From Candidatus Dormibacteria bacterium (GTDB lineage: Bacteria; Chloroflexota; Dormibacteria; Aeolococcales; Aeolococcaceae), in the NCBI GenBank assembly GCA_050010655.1, contig JBEKKP010000008.1, positions 2,623 through 66,622 on the forward strand: DNA of 64,000 nt. The letters run 5' to 3'. The position numbers and the translations under genes were made by a program. The notes under the pieces were generated by a model, which saw nothing but the letters and a program-made list of their open reading frames with translations, searched no databases and had not been told where the DNA came from. Below, one piece after another: positions 50,108-60,090 of the stretch (the stretch's first letter is position 1; each line of letters begins with the position of its first letter).

Positions 50108-50944
50108 GTGGGTTGGGATCATCGTGATGCGATGGCGATCACGCTGCCAGACAGTCCGCGTCCGGGCTGGCGGGATGGGACAAGAGCGCTCGCTCCCTGG
50201 ATCCTGCCGGTAGCCGTCGTTGCTGCGGCAGTCGTCGCGCCCATCGTGCTCACCCTCGCGCTGGTGCCGTTTCGGAGCCAGGTCCCGAACGCCACGGCCG
50301 CACTGGGACTCGCGGTCCTCGTGTCACTGCTCGCCGCCATCGGGACGCGTGTCACGGGTGTCATCGCTGCCGTCTCCGCGGCAGTGTGCTTCGACATCGG
50401 CTTCACGCAGCCGTACGGGTCGCTCGCGATCTCTCACCCCCAAGACATCGAGACAACGGCGTTGCTGCTCGTCGGTGGGTTGATCGTCGGACAGCTCTCC
50501 GCTCGAAACCGCAGAAACAGAGGACTCGTGGTGCGACAAAGCGATGACCTCGCCCGTATCCAGGCGATCGCCGAGTTGATGGCCGCCGGCGCCGAGCCCG
50601 AACATGTTGTCGAAGCAGTCGCGCAAGAGCTGCGAGACCTGCTCGGACTACGCGAATGCCGCTTCGAGACATCGCTGCCTGACCGGCCCGGGCCGGCCAT
50701 CGACCGGGGCGGCAACGTGAGCTGGGGCAGGATCTGGTGGGGCGTTGACACGCTCGGTCTTCCGGGCAAGGAGATCTCGATCGAAGTCGAGCACGACCAG
50801 CGACGCCTTGGGCGCTACGTGCTCATCGCGGAGCCGGGGACTCGAGTGCGACACGATCAACTGGTTACCGCCGCGACACTTGCGGATCAGGCGGGCGCGG
50901 CGCTCGGCGCCGGACACCCGTACGTCACGCTCGCGCGCAGCTGA
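50108..50944 (+). CDS. DUF4118 (KdpD transmembrane domain) protein lacking a kinase module
   Basis: Four TM helices with the CFDIGFTQPYGSLAIS block typical of DUF4118, then ~150 aa with no HisKA or HATPase domain. Confidence 0.6.
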   Translation: MGWDHRDAMAITLPDSPRPGWRDGTRALAPWILPVAVVAAAVVAPIVLTLALVPFRSQVPNATAALGLAVLVSLLAAIGTRVTGVIAAVSAAVCFDIGFTQPYGSLAISHPQDIETTALLLVGGLIVGQLSARNRRNRGLVVRQSDDLARIQAIAELMAAGAEPEHVVEAVAQELRDLLGLRECRFETSLPDRPGPAIDRGGNVSWGRIWWGVDTLGLPGKEISIEVEHDQRRLGRYVLIAEPGTRVRHDQLVTAATLADQAGAALGAGHPYVTLARS

Positions 50945-50975
50945 TGCGAGCACAGAGTAACTGACCCTCCAACAT

Positions 50976-51009
50976 GAGGCCGCGGGAATTCCTCACCTCC
51001 CGCGGCCTC
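50976..51009 (+). terminator. GC-rich stem-loop (12-bp perfect stem, 10-nt loop) between the DUF4118 gene and the kdpF region
   Basis: GAGGCCGCGGGA-attcctcacc-TCCCGCGGCCTC, 32 nt after the stop codon. Confidence 0.45.
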
Positions 51010-51060
51010 ACCGGGCGGTTGTTAACGCAGCGTTGACGGAAGCGATTCGATACTCACCTC

Positions 51061-51147
51061 GTGCCACTCGATCTGCTGGTCATCCTCTGTTTCATCGGAA
51101 TGATCGTCGCCGCAGTTGTACTGTCCGACGCCATGCGGAGGATCTAG
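51061..51147 (+). CDS. candidate 28-aa hydrophobic peptide (KdpF-like?)
   Basis: GTG..TAG ORF VPLDLLVILCFIGMIVAAVVLSDAMRRI lying immediately upstream of kdpF; no clear RBS. Confidence 0.25.
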   Translation: MPLDLLVILCFIGMIVAAVVLSDAMRRI

Positions 51148-51148
51148 C

Positions 51149-51247
51149 GTGGGATCCGAGCTCACCGGTTACATCGTCTCGGCCGTCATCGCGTTGCTGG
51201 CAGCGATCTATCTGATCATCGCGCTGGTCGCACCGGAGCGCTTCTGA
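51149..51247 (+). CDS. kdpF: K+-transporting ATPase subunit F
   Basis: 32-aa single-TM peptide VGSELTGYIVSAVIALLAAIYLIIALVAPERF; GGAGG RBS; stop overlaps the kdpA ATG. Confidence 0.6.
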   Translation: MGSELTGYIVSAVIALLAAIYLIIALVAPERF

Positions 51248-52971
51248 TGGTTCTCGACATCATCGCGGCCGTGATCACGTACGCCGCGGTCGGCGTCGGT
51301 GCGTGGTTCATCGGCGGCTACATGGTCAAGGTGTACAAGGGCGAACGCGTCTGGCTCAGCCGCGTGGTCGGGCCCGTGGAACGTGCGACCTACAAGATCA
51401 TCGGCGTCGACGCTGAGCACGAGCAGGGGTGGATCTCGTATCTCGTCTCATTGCTCGCGGTCACCGTCGTGAGCATCGCGTTCACATACGTGGTGCTTCG
51501 GTTCCAGAACTATCTGCCGCTGAACCCTGAGAACTTCCCAGGCGTTCCCGCGCCGCTTGCGTTCAACACGGCGATGAGTTTCGCCACGAACACGAACTGG
51601 CAGAACTATGCCGGCGAGACCACGATGAGCTACTTCTCGCAGATCGTGGCGCTCGTCATTCATCAGTTCCTCAGTGCCGCTGTCGGGATGGCGGTCGCGA
51701 TCGTGGTGATTCGCGCGATCGCACGGCGAACGATGAGTACGCTGGGCAACTTCTGGACGGACATGGTGCGCGGCATTCTGTACATCCTCCTGCCGATCAG
51801 CGTTGTGCTCGCGCTGGTGCTGGTTGCATTTGGATCGATCCAGAACTTCAGCAACTACACAGTGGTCCACACCCTGACGAACGGTTTGCAGACGATCGCA
51901 CAAGGGCCTGTGGCGTCGATGGAGGCGATCAAGGATCTCGGCACCAACGGCGGAGGATTCTTCAACGCAAACTCCGCGCATCCATTCGAGAACCCCAATG
52001 GATTCACCAACTCACTGGAGATCTTCATCTGCCTGCTCATCCCGTTTGGCTTGACGATCACGTTCGGCAAGTGGGTGGGTCACGTCAAGCAGGGCATCGT
52101 TCTTGGCGCGGTCATGGGCATCATCCTGGTCGGCGGATTCGGGGTGATGGCGTGGCAGGAGCAACAGGGCAACCCAGCGCTCGTGGGCACCGGGGCAACG
52201 CAAGTGGAGTCGAGCCAACTCGCCGGCGGCAACATGGAAGGCAAGGAGGCGCGGTTCGGGCCGATTCAGAGCGCGCTCTACAACTCAGCAACAACGGGCA
52301 CGAGCACTGGTTCCGTCGACGCGTCGCAGGACAGCATGACGCCCATCGGAGGTCTGGTCTCGCTGGTGTTCATCAAGCTGGGCGAGATCACGCCGGGCGA
52401 CGTCGGCTCGGGTCTGTACGGCATGGTCGTATTCGCGATCGTCGCCGTCTTCATCGCCGGCCTCATGGTCGGACGCACCCCCGAATATCTCGGTAAGAAG
52501 ATCGAAGGCCGTGATGTCAAATTCGCGGCCATCGCCATCCTCATTCTGCCTGCGTCCATCCTGGGATTCTCGGCGGTCGCGGTACTGACATCCGGAGGAC
52601 AGGCAGGCCCGTTAGCGGGCCAGGGCACACCGCACAGCCTGACCGAGATCCTCTATGCCTTCGCGTCGGCGACCGGTAACAACGGCAGCGCGATGGCTGG
52701 ACTCACCGGCAATACCAACTTCTACAACTTCATGCTCGCCGGTGCGATGTGGATGGGTCGGTACCTCTTCCTCATCCCGGTGATGGCCATGGCAGGCAAC
52801 CTCGTCAAGAAGAAGATCGTGCCCGCGAGCGCGGGGACGTTCCCCACGGACGGAGTGCTGTTCGTTGCGCTCCTGGTCGGCACGATCCTGATTGTCGCCG
52901 CACTCACGTTCTTCCCCGCCGTCTCGCTCGGGCCGATTCTCGAGCATTTCAAGCTCATCGCGGGACACTGA
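51247..52971 (+). CDS. kdpA: K+-transporting ATPase subunit A
   Basis: 574 aa polytopic membrane protein with KdpA selectivity-filter-like repeats. Confidence 0.9.
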   Translation: MVLDIIAAVITYAAVGVGAWFIGGYMVKVYKGERVWLSRVVGPVERATYKIIGVDAEHEQGWISYLVSLLAVTVVSIAFTYVVLRFQNYLPLNPENFPGVPAPLAFNTAMSFATNTNWQNYAGETTMSYFSQIVALVIHQFLSAAVGMAVAIVVIRAIARRTMSTLGNFWTDMVRGILYILLPISVVLALVLVAFGSIQNFSNYTVVHTLTNGLQTIAQGPVASMEAIKDLGTNGGGFFNANSAHPFENPNGFTNSLEIFICLLIPFGLTITFGKWVGHVKQGIVLGAVMGIILVGGFGVMAWQEQQGNPALVGTGATQVESSQLAGGNMEGKEARFGPIQSALYNSATTGTSTGSVDASQDSMTPIGGLVSLVFIKLGEITPGDVGSGLYGMVVFAIVAVFIAGLMVGRTPEYLGKKIEGRDVKFAAIAILILPASILGFSAVAVLTSGGQAGPLAGQGTPHSLTEILYAFASATGNNGSAMAGLTGNTNFYNFMLAGAMWMGRYLFLIPVMAMAGNLVKKKIVPASAGTFPTDGVLFVALLVGTILIVAALTFFPAVSLGPILEHFKLIAGH

Positions 52972-52972
52972 T

Positions 52973-55030
52973 ATGGCTCTTGCAACCGCGCGCCCGAAGC
53001 GGCAGCGCAGCAGCGTCACCGACCCGGACCTGCTGATCCCGGCGATCGGCCAGAGCTTCGTCAAGCTCGACCCGCGCACGATGGCGCGCAACCCCGTGAT
53101 GTTTATCGTCGAGATCGGCGCGGCGATGACGACGTACGGATTCATCGCTGGACTTGTTGGCCACGGTACCGACAACAGCTTCGTCGGTCAGATCGCGCTG
53201 TGGCTGTGGTTCACGGTGCTCTTCGCGAACTTTGCAGAGGCAATCGCGGAAGGACGTGGTAAAGCACAAGCCCAGGCGCTCCGCCGTACGCGCACCGAGA
53301 CGATCGCCCGCAAGCTCGAGGGTGGTGTGGGCGGGAAGGAGACGCCGGTGCCGGCGATCGACCTGCGCAAGGGCGACATCGTGGTCTGCGAAGCCGGCGA
53401 TGTCATTCCGAGCGACGGCACGATCGTCGACGGAATCGCGAGCGTCGACGAGTCCGCGATCACCGGTGAATCAGCTCCGGTCATCCGTGAAGCCGGTGGC
53501 GACCGAAGCGCAGTCACCGGTGGCACGCGCGTCCTGAGCGACCGCATCGTCATCGAGATCACGCAGAACCCGGGCGAGACCTTCCTCGATCGGATGATCT
53601 CGCTCGTCGAAAGCGCCTCGCGTCAGAAGACTCCCAACGAGATCGCACTCAACATCCTGCTCGCGAGCCTCACGCTGATCTTCCTGATCGCTGTGGTGAC
53701 GCTGCAGCCGTACGCGATCTACTCGGGGGCGTCGATTGAGGTACCGGTGCTCATCGCACTCCTCGTCTGTCTCATTCCGACCACCATCGGTGGTCTGTTG
53801 AGCGCGATCGGCATCGCCGGCATCGACAGGCTGCTGCAGAAGAACGTGCTTGCCATGTCCGGACGCGCGGTGGAGGCAGCCGGCGACGTGGACACGCTCC
53901 TGCTCGACAAGACCGGGACCATCACACTGGGCAACCGTCAGGCAACCGAATTCCTCCCGGCACCCGGGATCAGCATGGAGAAGCTTGTGCGCGCCGCCGA
54001 TCTGGCCAGTCGCGCCGACGAGACTCCCGAAGGGCGCTCGATCGTCGCGCTTGCCCGTCGCTTCGGTGCACCCGAGGAGACCGAGGGTGGCGCGTGGACG
54101 TTCGTGCCGTTCACGGCAGAAACACGCATGAGCGGTGTCGATCGCGGCGCCGACAGCATCCGCAAGGGTGCCGGCGACTCGGTCGCAGCGTGGTGCGGTG
54201 CCAATGCGATCTCGAAGGACGTGAACGCCCAGGTGGAAACCATCGCGCGCAGCGGCGGAACGCCCTTGCTCGTCGCGGAGAATCACGTCGTCCTCGGCAC
54301 CATCCATCTCAAGGACATCGTCAAGCCCGGCATCTCGGAGCGCTTTGCGGAGCTGCGCCGGATGGGACTGCGTACGGTGATGATCACGGGCGACAACCCA
54401 CTGACAGCCGCGGCAATCGCGAAGGAAGCCGGCGTTGATGACTTCCTTGCGCAGGCCACTCCGGAAAACAAGCTCGAGCTGATCCGTCAGGAGCAGGCGG
54501 GGGGCAAGCTTGTCGCGATGACCGGTGACGGCACGAACGACGCTCCCGCGCTCGCGCAGGCAGATGTCGGTGTCGCGATGAACAGCGGCACCCAGGCGGC
54601 GAAGGAAGCGGCAAACCTGGTTGATCTCGACAGCGATCCCACCAAGCTCATCGAGATCGTGGAAACCGGCAAGCAAATGCTCATCACGCGCGGCGCGCTG
54701 ACGACGTTCAGCATCGCCAACGACGTCGCGAAGTACTTCGCCATCATCCCGGCCATGTTCACCGCGTATGTCGCACTTCGGCCGCTCTCGGTCCTCAACA
54801 TCATGCACCTGCAGTCGGCGCACAGCGCGATCCTGAGCGCCGTGATCTTCAACGCGCTGATCATCATCGCGCTGGTGCCGCTCGCCCTTCGCGGCGTGCG
54901 GTTCCGCGCTGTCGGCGCCAGCGCGCTGCTGCGTCGCAACCTGCTGATCTATGGCCTCGGCGGCGTTATCGCACCCTTCATCGGCATCAAGGTCATCGAC
55001 GTGATCATCAACGCCCTGCACCTTGTCTAG
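52973..55030 (+). CDS. kdpB: K+-transporting P-type ATPase subunit B
   Basis: DKTGTITLG phosphorylation motif, [12 protein letters not shown] hinge. Confidence 0.9.
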   Translation: MALATARPKRQRSSVTDPDLLIPAIGQSFVKLDPRTMARNPVMFIVEIGAAMTTYGFIAGLVGHGTDNSFVGQIALWLWFTVLFANFAEAIAEGRGKAQAQALRRTRTETIARKLEGGVGGKETPVPAIDLRKGDIVVCEAGDVIPSDGTIVDGIASVDESAITGESAPVIREAGGDRSAVTGGTRVLSDRIVIEITQNPGETFLDRMISLVESASRQKTPNEIALNILLASLTLIFLIAVVTLQPYAIYSGASIEVPVLIALLVCLIPTTIGGLLSAIGIAGIDRLLQKNVLAMSGRAVEAAGDVDTLLLDKTGTITLGNRQATEFLPAPGISMEKLVRAADLASRADETPEGRSIVALARRFGAPEETEGGAWTFVPFTAETRMSGVDRGADSIRKGAGDSVAAWCGANAISKDVNAQVETIARSGGTPLLVAENHVVLGTIHLKDIVKPGISERFAELRRMGLRTVMITGDNPLTAAAIAKEAGVDDFLAQATPENKLELIRQEQAGGKLVAMTGDGTNDAPALAQADVGVAMNSGTQAAKEAANLVDLDSDPTKLIEIVETGKQMLITRGALTTFSIANDVAKYFAIIPAMFTAYVALRPLSVLNIMHLQSAHSAILSAVIFNALIIIALVPLALRGVRFRAVGASALLRRNLLIYGLGGVIAPFIGIKVIDVIINALHLV

Positions 55031-55039
55031 GCGACGAAC

Positions 55040-55687
55040 ATGAACAACATTCCAAAGCAACTCCTGATCGGGCTCCGGCTCACGCTGTTCACCGCAGCGC
55101 TCGCGCTCGTGTACACGTTCGTGATCACAGGCATCTCGCAGGTTGCCTTCAACAACCAGGCCAACGGCAGTCTCGTGACCGTGAACGGCAAGGTCGTCGG
55201 GTCGACGCTCATCGGCCAGAGCTGCCCCCAGGAGACGATCGCGAAGGACGGCAGCCTGAAGATCACGATCAACCCCAAGTACTTCCAGGGGCGCCTCTCG
55301 TACACGTACAACGCGAGCACTGACGCCCTGCAGCCATGCAACGCGGCGAACTCGGCAGGGAGCAACCTCGGCCCGTCGAACCCGCTTCTTGCGGAGAACA
55401 CCAAGAACGCCGTCGCCGCATATGAGGCAGCCGGCGTCTCCGCTCCCGTGCCGATCGACCTCGTGACCTCCGACTTCACCGGTTTCGACCCGGACATCAG
55501 CGAAGCCGCGGCGCTCGCCCAGGTGAACATGGTGGCGAATGCTCGTGGTCTCGATCCAACCAAGCTGCACAACCTGGTCGAATCCCAGGTCCAGGGTCGC
55601 ATTCTCTGGGTGTTCGGCGAACCGGTCGTCAACGTTCTCCAGCTCAACCTGGCCCTCGACGCCGATCAGCAGTCGCTCGCCGGCTGA
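55040..55687 (+). CDS. kdpC: K+-transporting ATPase subunit C
   Basis: N-terminal TM and KdpC fold; its position after kdpB. Confidence 0.85.
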   Translation: MNNIPKQLLIGLRLTLFTAALALVYTFVITGISQVAFNNQANGSLVTVNGKVVGSTLIGQSCPQETIAKDGSLKITINPKYFQGRLSYTYNASTDALQPCNAANSAGSNLGPSNPLLAENTKNAVAAYEAAGVSAPVPIDLVTSDFTGFDPDISEAAALAQVNMVANARGLDPTKLHNLVESQVQGRILWVFGEPVVNVLQLNLALDADQQSLAG

Positions 55688-55726
55688 CGCGTTTATCGGT
55701 CGCGCTTCGCGAGCATCATTAGTCGT

Positions 55727-57943
55727 ATGAGCAACGCGATGGCAGCCGGCGCGGTGCAGACGCAACCGGCCGCGCCCCCGAGAGGCCACTTGCGTGTGTT
55801 CCTTGGCGCGACGCCGGGGAGTGGCAAGACGTTTGCGATGCTCCGTGAGGCCCACGACCGGCGCTCCCAGGGCGAGGATGTTGTCGTCGGCTTTGTCGAG
55901 ACGCACGGGCGCAAGCTGACCGAGCAGGCGATCGGCAGCCTCGAGGTCATCCCCCGCCTCCAGGTCGAGTACCGCGGCAAGGTCATGGAGGAGATGGACC
56001 TCGACACGGTGCTTGCTCGCCATCCGCAGGTGGTCCTCGTTGACGAGCTCGCCCACACCAATGTGCCCGGCGTGCGCCACACGAAGCGCTATGAGGACGT
56101 CGACGAGATCCTCGACGCCGGTATCGACGTCGTGACCACCGTCAACGTGCAACATCTCGAATCGGTCAAGGATCTCGCCGAACACATCACCGGTATCCCT
56201 GTGCGGGAAACCCTCCCCGACCGCGTTCTTGACAACGCTGACGAGATCCAGTTCATCGACATCTCGCCCGAGGCGCTGCGCAAGCGCATGCGTCACGGCA
56301 ACATCTATGCGCCCGAGAAGATCGACACGGCGCTGGCCAACTTCTTCCGGCCCGGCAACCTCGCGGCGCTTCGCGAGATCGCCCTGCGTCTTGTCGCGCA
56401 GACGGTCGGCCGTGCTCGCGGGGCGATCCTGCCGGCTCCCCAATCCGTTCTCGTCGCGGTCAGCGGCCGTCAGAGCAGCGGGACGCTCATCCGCCGTGCG
56501 AGCCGCCTGGCCCGGCGCTTCGGCGGTTTCTGCACCGTGCTCGTCGTGCTGGGCAGGCACGACGACGAAACAGCAAGTGGCCGCGGCAAGTCGAAACAGC
56601 TCGCCGAGCTGCTGCAGTGCGGGTTCATCGAGCGCGAAGGCAAGCTGACCGACACCGTCGTGACCGTCGCGCAGGAGCTTGCCGTGCAGCATGTCGTCGT
56701 CGGTGAAGCTGCGCATCCCGGAGTTCGCGGCCGGCTCCATCGTGGCCTCGTCGACCGCTTGATCACAGAGCTGCCGGATGTGAGCGTGCACGTGGTCGCG
56801 CGCCCCGCGTCAGCGAGCCACGACGCGCCACTCGTCCCGGGCGAGCGACCGGACTCCGACACACTGCTGCGCGCATTGCACGCGAGCGCCATCCGCTCTG
56901 GTCTGCGCGTCTACCTCGGCTATGCACGGGGGTGCGGGACGACAGTGGCGATGCTCGACGAAGCGAACCGGCGGCGCCAGCGAGGCACCGATGTTGTTGT
57001 TGCCGCTGTGAAGACCGACGGGCGCAATCGCTGTGAGGTCGCGCTCGGCGACCTCGAGGTGCTCGGTGGCCCGAATTCGCCGGCGCGCGAGGGAGCCGTC
57101 GACGTCGATGCGCTGTTGCGGCGCAACCCCGAGGTCGCGTGCCTCGATGACCTCGCGAGTGTCGATACCCAGGGCCGGCCAATCACCGAGTCCGTGCCGC
57201 GATTGCTCCGCGCGGGAATGATGCTGATCGCAACGCTGCACCTCACGGACGTGCGCAGCACGGTCGACGGGATGGGAGCGATGCTCGGCCCACGCCCTGC
57301 GCACGTGGTGGACGACGAGTTTCTCGACCAGGTGACCGAGCTGGAGATCGTCGACATCACGCCGACACTCCTCGACGAGCGGTTGCGGCGCGGGGAAATC
57401 GTGCCCGCCAGTGAGGCGGCGCAGGCACGCGCTCTCGCGTTCCGGCCCGAGGTGCTCGCGTCGTTGCGCGAGCTCGCGTTCCGGATGCTCGCCGAGCACA
57501 CCGACAGGCGGCTCGTTGCGTACATGCGAGACCAGGGGATCGAGTCACCGTGGGAGGTGAAGTCGCGCGTCATGCTGTGCGTGCCGCCGCGGCCCGGCAT
57601 GGACGATGTGATTGCCGGCACCGCCGCACTCGCAGCGCGGCTCGACGGCAAGATGACCGCCGTCACGGTCCGCGACCGCAAACGGTCTGAGCAGGAGATG
57701 CAACTTCTCGGCGCCTATGCTGCGCTCACGCACCAGGCTGATGGGACGTTCGTGACGCTGTATGAGCGCGACCCCGCGAGCGCGCTCGCGCATTACGCGA
57801 GACGGATCCTCGCCACCGAGGTTGTCGTGACGCGGGGCAGAGGGCGTCGCGGCACGCTGCGCAGGCTCATCGAACTGCTGACCGACGTGGACATCCACGT
57901 GCTCGCGACGCCACACGAGGTTGAGCCGGCTCGGGTGTCCTGA
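55727..57943 (+). CDS. KdpD N-terminal sensor module (KdpD-N plus USP) duplicated in tandem, no transmembrane or kinase domains
   Basis: First copy has an intact P-loop (GATPGSGKTFAML) and a USP domain. Second copy (from ~res 390) is GYARGCGTTVAML plus a second USP-like region. Confidence 0.7.
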   Translation: MSNAMAAGAVQTQPAAPPRGHLRVFLGATPGSGKTFAMLREAHDRRSQGEDVVVGFVETHGRKLTEQAIGSLEVIPRLQVEYRGKVMEEMDLDTVLARHPQVVLVDELAHTNVPGVRHTKRYEDVDEILDAGIDVVTTVNVQHLESVKDLAEHITGIPVRETLPDRVLDNADEIQFIDISPEALRKRMRHGNIYAPEKIDTALANFFRPGNLAALREIALRLVAQTVGRARGAILPAPQSVLVAVSGRQSSGTLIRRASRLARRFGGFCTVLVVLGRHDDETASGRGKSKQLAELLQCGFIEREGKLTDTVVTVAQELAVQHVVVGEAAHPGVRGRLHRGLVDRLITELPDVSVHVVARPASASHDAPLVPGERPDSDTLLRALHASAIRSGLRVYLGYARGCGTTVAMLDEANRRRQRGTDVVVAAVKTDGRNRCEVALGDLEVLGGPNSPAREGAVDVDALLRRNPEVACLDDLASVDTQGRPITESVPRLLRAGMMLIATLHLTDVRSTVDGMGAMLGPRPAHVVDDEFLDQVTELEIVDITPTLLDERLRRGEIVPASEAAQARALAFRPEVLASLRELAFRMLAEHTDRRLVAYMRDQGIESPWEVKSRVMLCVPPRPGMDDVIAGTAALAARLDGKMTAVTVRDRKRSEQEMQLLGAYAALTHQADGTFVTLYERDPASALAHYARRILATEVVVTRGRGRRGTLRRLIELLTDVDIHVLATPHEVEPARVS

Positions 57944-57947
57944 CTAT

Positions 57948-59156
57948 CTAGGGGACGTCGCCGACGGCAGTCGGCGCGGGCACCGCTTTGCTTTGCTCTA
58001 CAGGTTCCGCCGGGAGCGTGAACGCGAAGACCGCGCCGCCGCCGCTGTCTGGATCATCAAGCCACACCCGACCGGCATGCGCCTCGATGATCCCTTTGAC
58101 GATTGGTAGTCCGAGGCCGGTGCCTTCGGTTGCCACCGGCTCGTCGCCCCGGACGAAGCGATCGAAGATGCGGTCGCGCATCTCTGCGGGCACGCCCGGG
58201 CCGTGGTCGATGACCCGGGTCACGATCGTGCCGCGCGCGCCCGGAGCGACGTGGATCTCGATCGGCGACGTCGGCGGCGCATAGCGGTCGGCGTTGACGA
58301 GGAGGTTGTCGAGCACCTGCCCGAGCCGGTCCCAGTCGGCAACGGCCTCGAGCGATCCCGCCTCGGTCTCGACCTTCACCACACGCGTGGGGTGGCTCTG
58401 TCGGAGCCGCTCGGCCGCGGCCTCGGCAGCCTCGCCGACATCGGTCGGCTCGAGACGCAGTTCAAGCGCGTGGCCCTCAATGCGCGCCAGGTCGAGCATG
58501 TCGCCCACCAGCCTGTCGAGCCGGCGCGATTGCGTGACGATGCCCGAGAGGCCGTCGCGCACCGGCGCATCGACATCACTGCGGGCGAGCAACACAGTTG
58601 CCCCAGTGAGAATGCTGGACAGTGGCGTGCGCAGCTCGTGGCTCACGTTCTGCAGAAGCTCGCGACGGACACGATCCGCGTCGCGCAACGCGGAGACCTG
58701 CTGCTGCGTCTGCGCGAGGCGCACCGCGGTGCGCGCCGACGCCGCCTGCTCGCGATACAGACGCTCGAGTTCGGTGTTCGCTTCGGCGAGCGTTCGCGAC
58801 AACGCACGCGCTTCGATGATCGAACGGCGCCGCAGGGCGGCGACTCCGCCAACAGCCCCGCCTGCCACAAAGAAGATCACCAGGTAGATGACGTCGCTCG
58901 GGTTGGCGAGGCTGAGGCTGTCGACCGGCGGGAGGAAGAAATAGTCGGCGAGCACGGATGACATCGCGGCTGCAACCAGTGCCGGAACGAGCCCCGTGAG
59001 CAGACCGAGCGAGACGACGATCCCGAGGTACAGAAAGACGTACGCGCGCGACTCGGCGACGGGCAGACGCGCGAGCACGAGCGTCAGCAGCGGCGGCGCA
59101 AGAAGGGCGATGACGATCCCCACCACGAGCGCGCGATCGCCGCGAATTCGCGTCAT
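57948..59156 (-). CDS. histidine kinase with DUF4118 membrane domain (KdpD C-terminal half)
   Basis: ADYFFLPPVDSL DUF4118 block, HisKA (SHELRTPLSS), HATPase_c (GTGLGLPIVK). Confidence 0.8.
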   Translation of the reverse strand: MTRIRGDRALVVGIVIALLAPPLLTLVLARLPVAESRAYVFLYLGIVVSLGLLTGLVPALVAAAMSSVLADYFFLPPVDSLSLANPSDVIYLVIFFVAGGAVGGVAALRRRSIIEARALSRTLAEANTELERLYREQAASARTAVRLAQTQQQVSALRDADRVRRELLQNVSHELRTPLSSILTGATVLLARSDVDAPVRDGLSGIVTQSRRLDRLVGDMLDLARIEGHALELRLEPTDVGEAAEAAAERLRQSHPTRVVKVETEAGSLEAVADWDRLGQVLDNLLVNADRYAPPTSPIEIHVAPGARGTIVTRVIDHGPGVPAEMRDRIFDRFVRGDEPVATEGTGLGLPIVKGIIEAHAGRVWLDDPDSGGGAVFAFTLPAEPVEQSKAVPAPTAVGDVP

Positions 59157-59158
59157 CG

Positions 59159-60022
59159 TCAGGCCTCGCGTACCTGGGCGTTCAGCGCCTCGACGAGGCG
59201 GCTCGCCGCAGCCTGCAGACCATGCTCCGCCATGAGGGCATTCAGCGCCTCCGGGTCGTCTGGGTAGTGCCGACGATTCCCTCGCGGCAGCTCGATCGGT
59301 AGATCGGCGACCGGGGGGACCACCTGCAGCGCACGGGTCAGGTAATCCTGGTTCTCCGCGCTGAGGCGTTTCGCCGCAAGCACTCCTGGGATGCCGCCGT
59401 GCTCGCGAATCATCGACGCCGCGGCCACAGCGCCGACGCCTTTCAACCCGGGCAGTCCGTCGGACGGATCGCCGCGGAGCATCGCGAAGTCGGCGTAGCG
59501 GCGGCCGGGAATCCCATAGCGGCGGGTCACCTCCGCCTCGTCGACGAGCGCGAGCCCACCCTTCTCTGGGTAGAGGACTGTGACGCGAGGATCCTCGACC
59601 AGCGCGAAGAGATCGCGGTCGCCGCTGACGATCTGCACCGTCCCCTTTGCCTTTGCGGTCCAGGTCGCGATCACGTCCTCAGCCTCGTAATCAGCAATCC
59701 CGAGTGCGTCGATGCCGATCGCGCGAAGGAACGCGTCGATGACCGGCATCTGCGGGATCAATGCGGGCGGCGTCGGCTCCGCGACGCGCTGCGCCTTGTA
59801 GGCGGGGATGAGCGCCACGCGCCAGTCCGGACGCCAGTCGGCGTCACTCCCGATCGCGATGTGGTGCGGCTCTCTGGTGCCGATCAGCCGTGTCAGCGTC
59901 TCGAGAAAGCCCCGGCCGGCGTTGATGAGCCGGCCGTCCGGCGTCCTGACTGTCTTCGGGACCCCATAGAAGGCGCGGAAAATGAGGCTTGATCCGTCGA
60001 CGAACAGCCAGTCGCAGGACAT
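59159..60022 (-). CDS. 5'-3' exonuclease (FEN/Pol I N-terminal domain-like)
   Basis: LFVDGSSLIFRAFYG..GDRDL motifs; 2 nt upstream of the kinase gene on the same strand. Confidence 0.7.
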   Translation of the reverse strand: MSCDWLFVDGSSLIFRAFYGVPKTVRTPDGRLINAGRGFLETLTRLIGTREPHHIAIGSDADWRPDWRVALIPAYKAQRVAEPTPPALIPQMPVIDAFLRAIGIDALGIADYEAEDVIATWTAKAKGTVQIVSGDRDLFALVEDPRVTVLYPEKGGLALVDEAEVTRRYGIPGRRYADFAMLRGDPSDGLPGLKGVGAVAAASMIREHGGIPGVLAAKRLSAENQDYLTRALQVVPPVADLPIELPRGNRRHYPDDPEALNALMAEHGLQAAASRLVEALNAQVREA

Positions 60023-60090
60023 TGCCCACTCCACAACATCAGATCGATCACCCTGGAAGGCATTCAGTCTAGGTAGTAGGAGGACATTGC

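Noticed and set aside
51033-51215. 60-aa ORF spanning the kdpF region in another frame
   Set aside because: The kdpF frame has an RBS, a hydrophobic TM peptide and a stop overlapping the kdpA ATG. This frame has none of these.
53471-56791. 1106-aa minus-strand ORF
   Set aside because: Antisense across kdpB, kdpC and the KdpD-N gene, with no recognisable domains. An artefact of the high-GC open frame.
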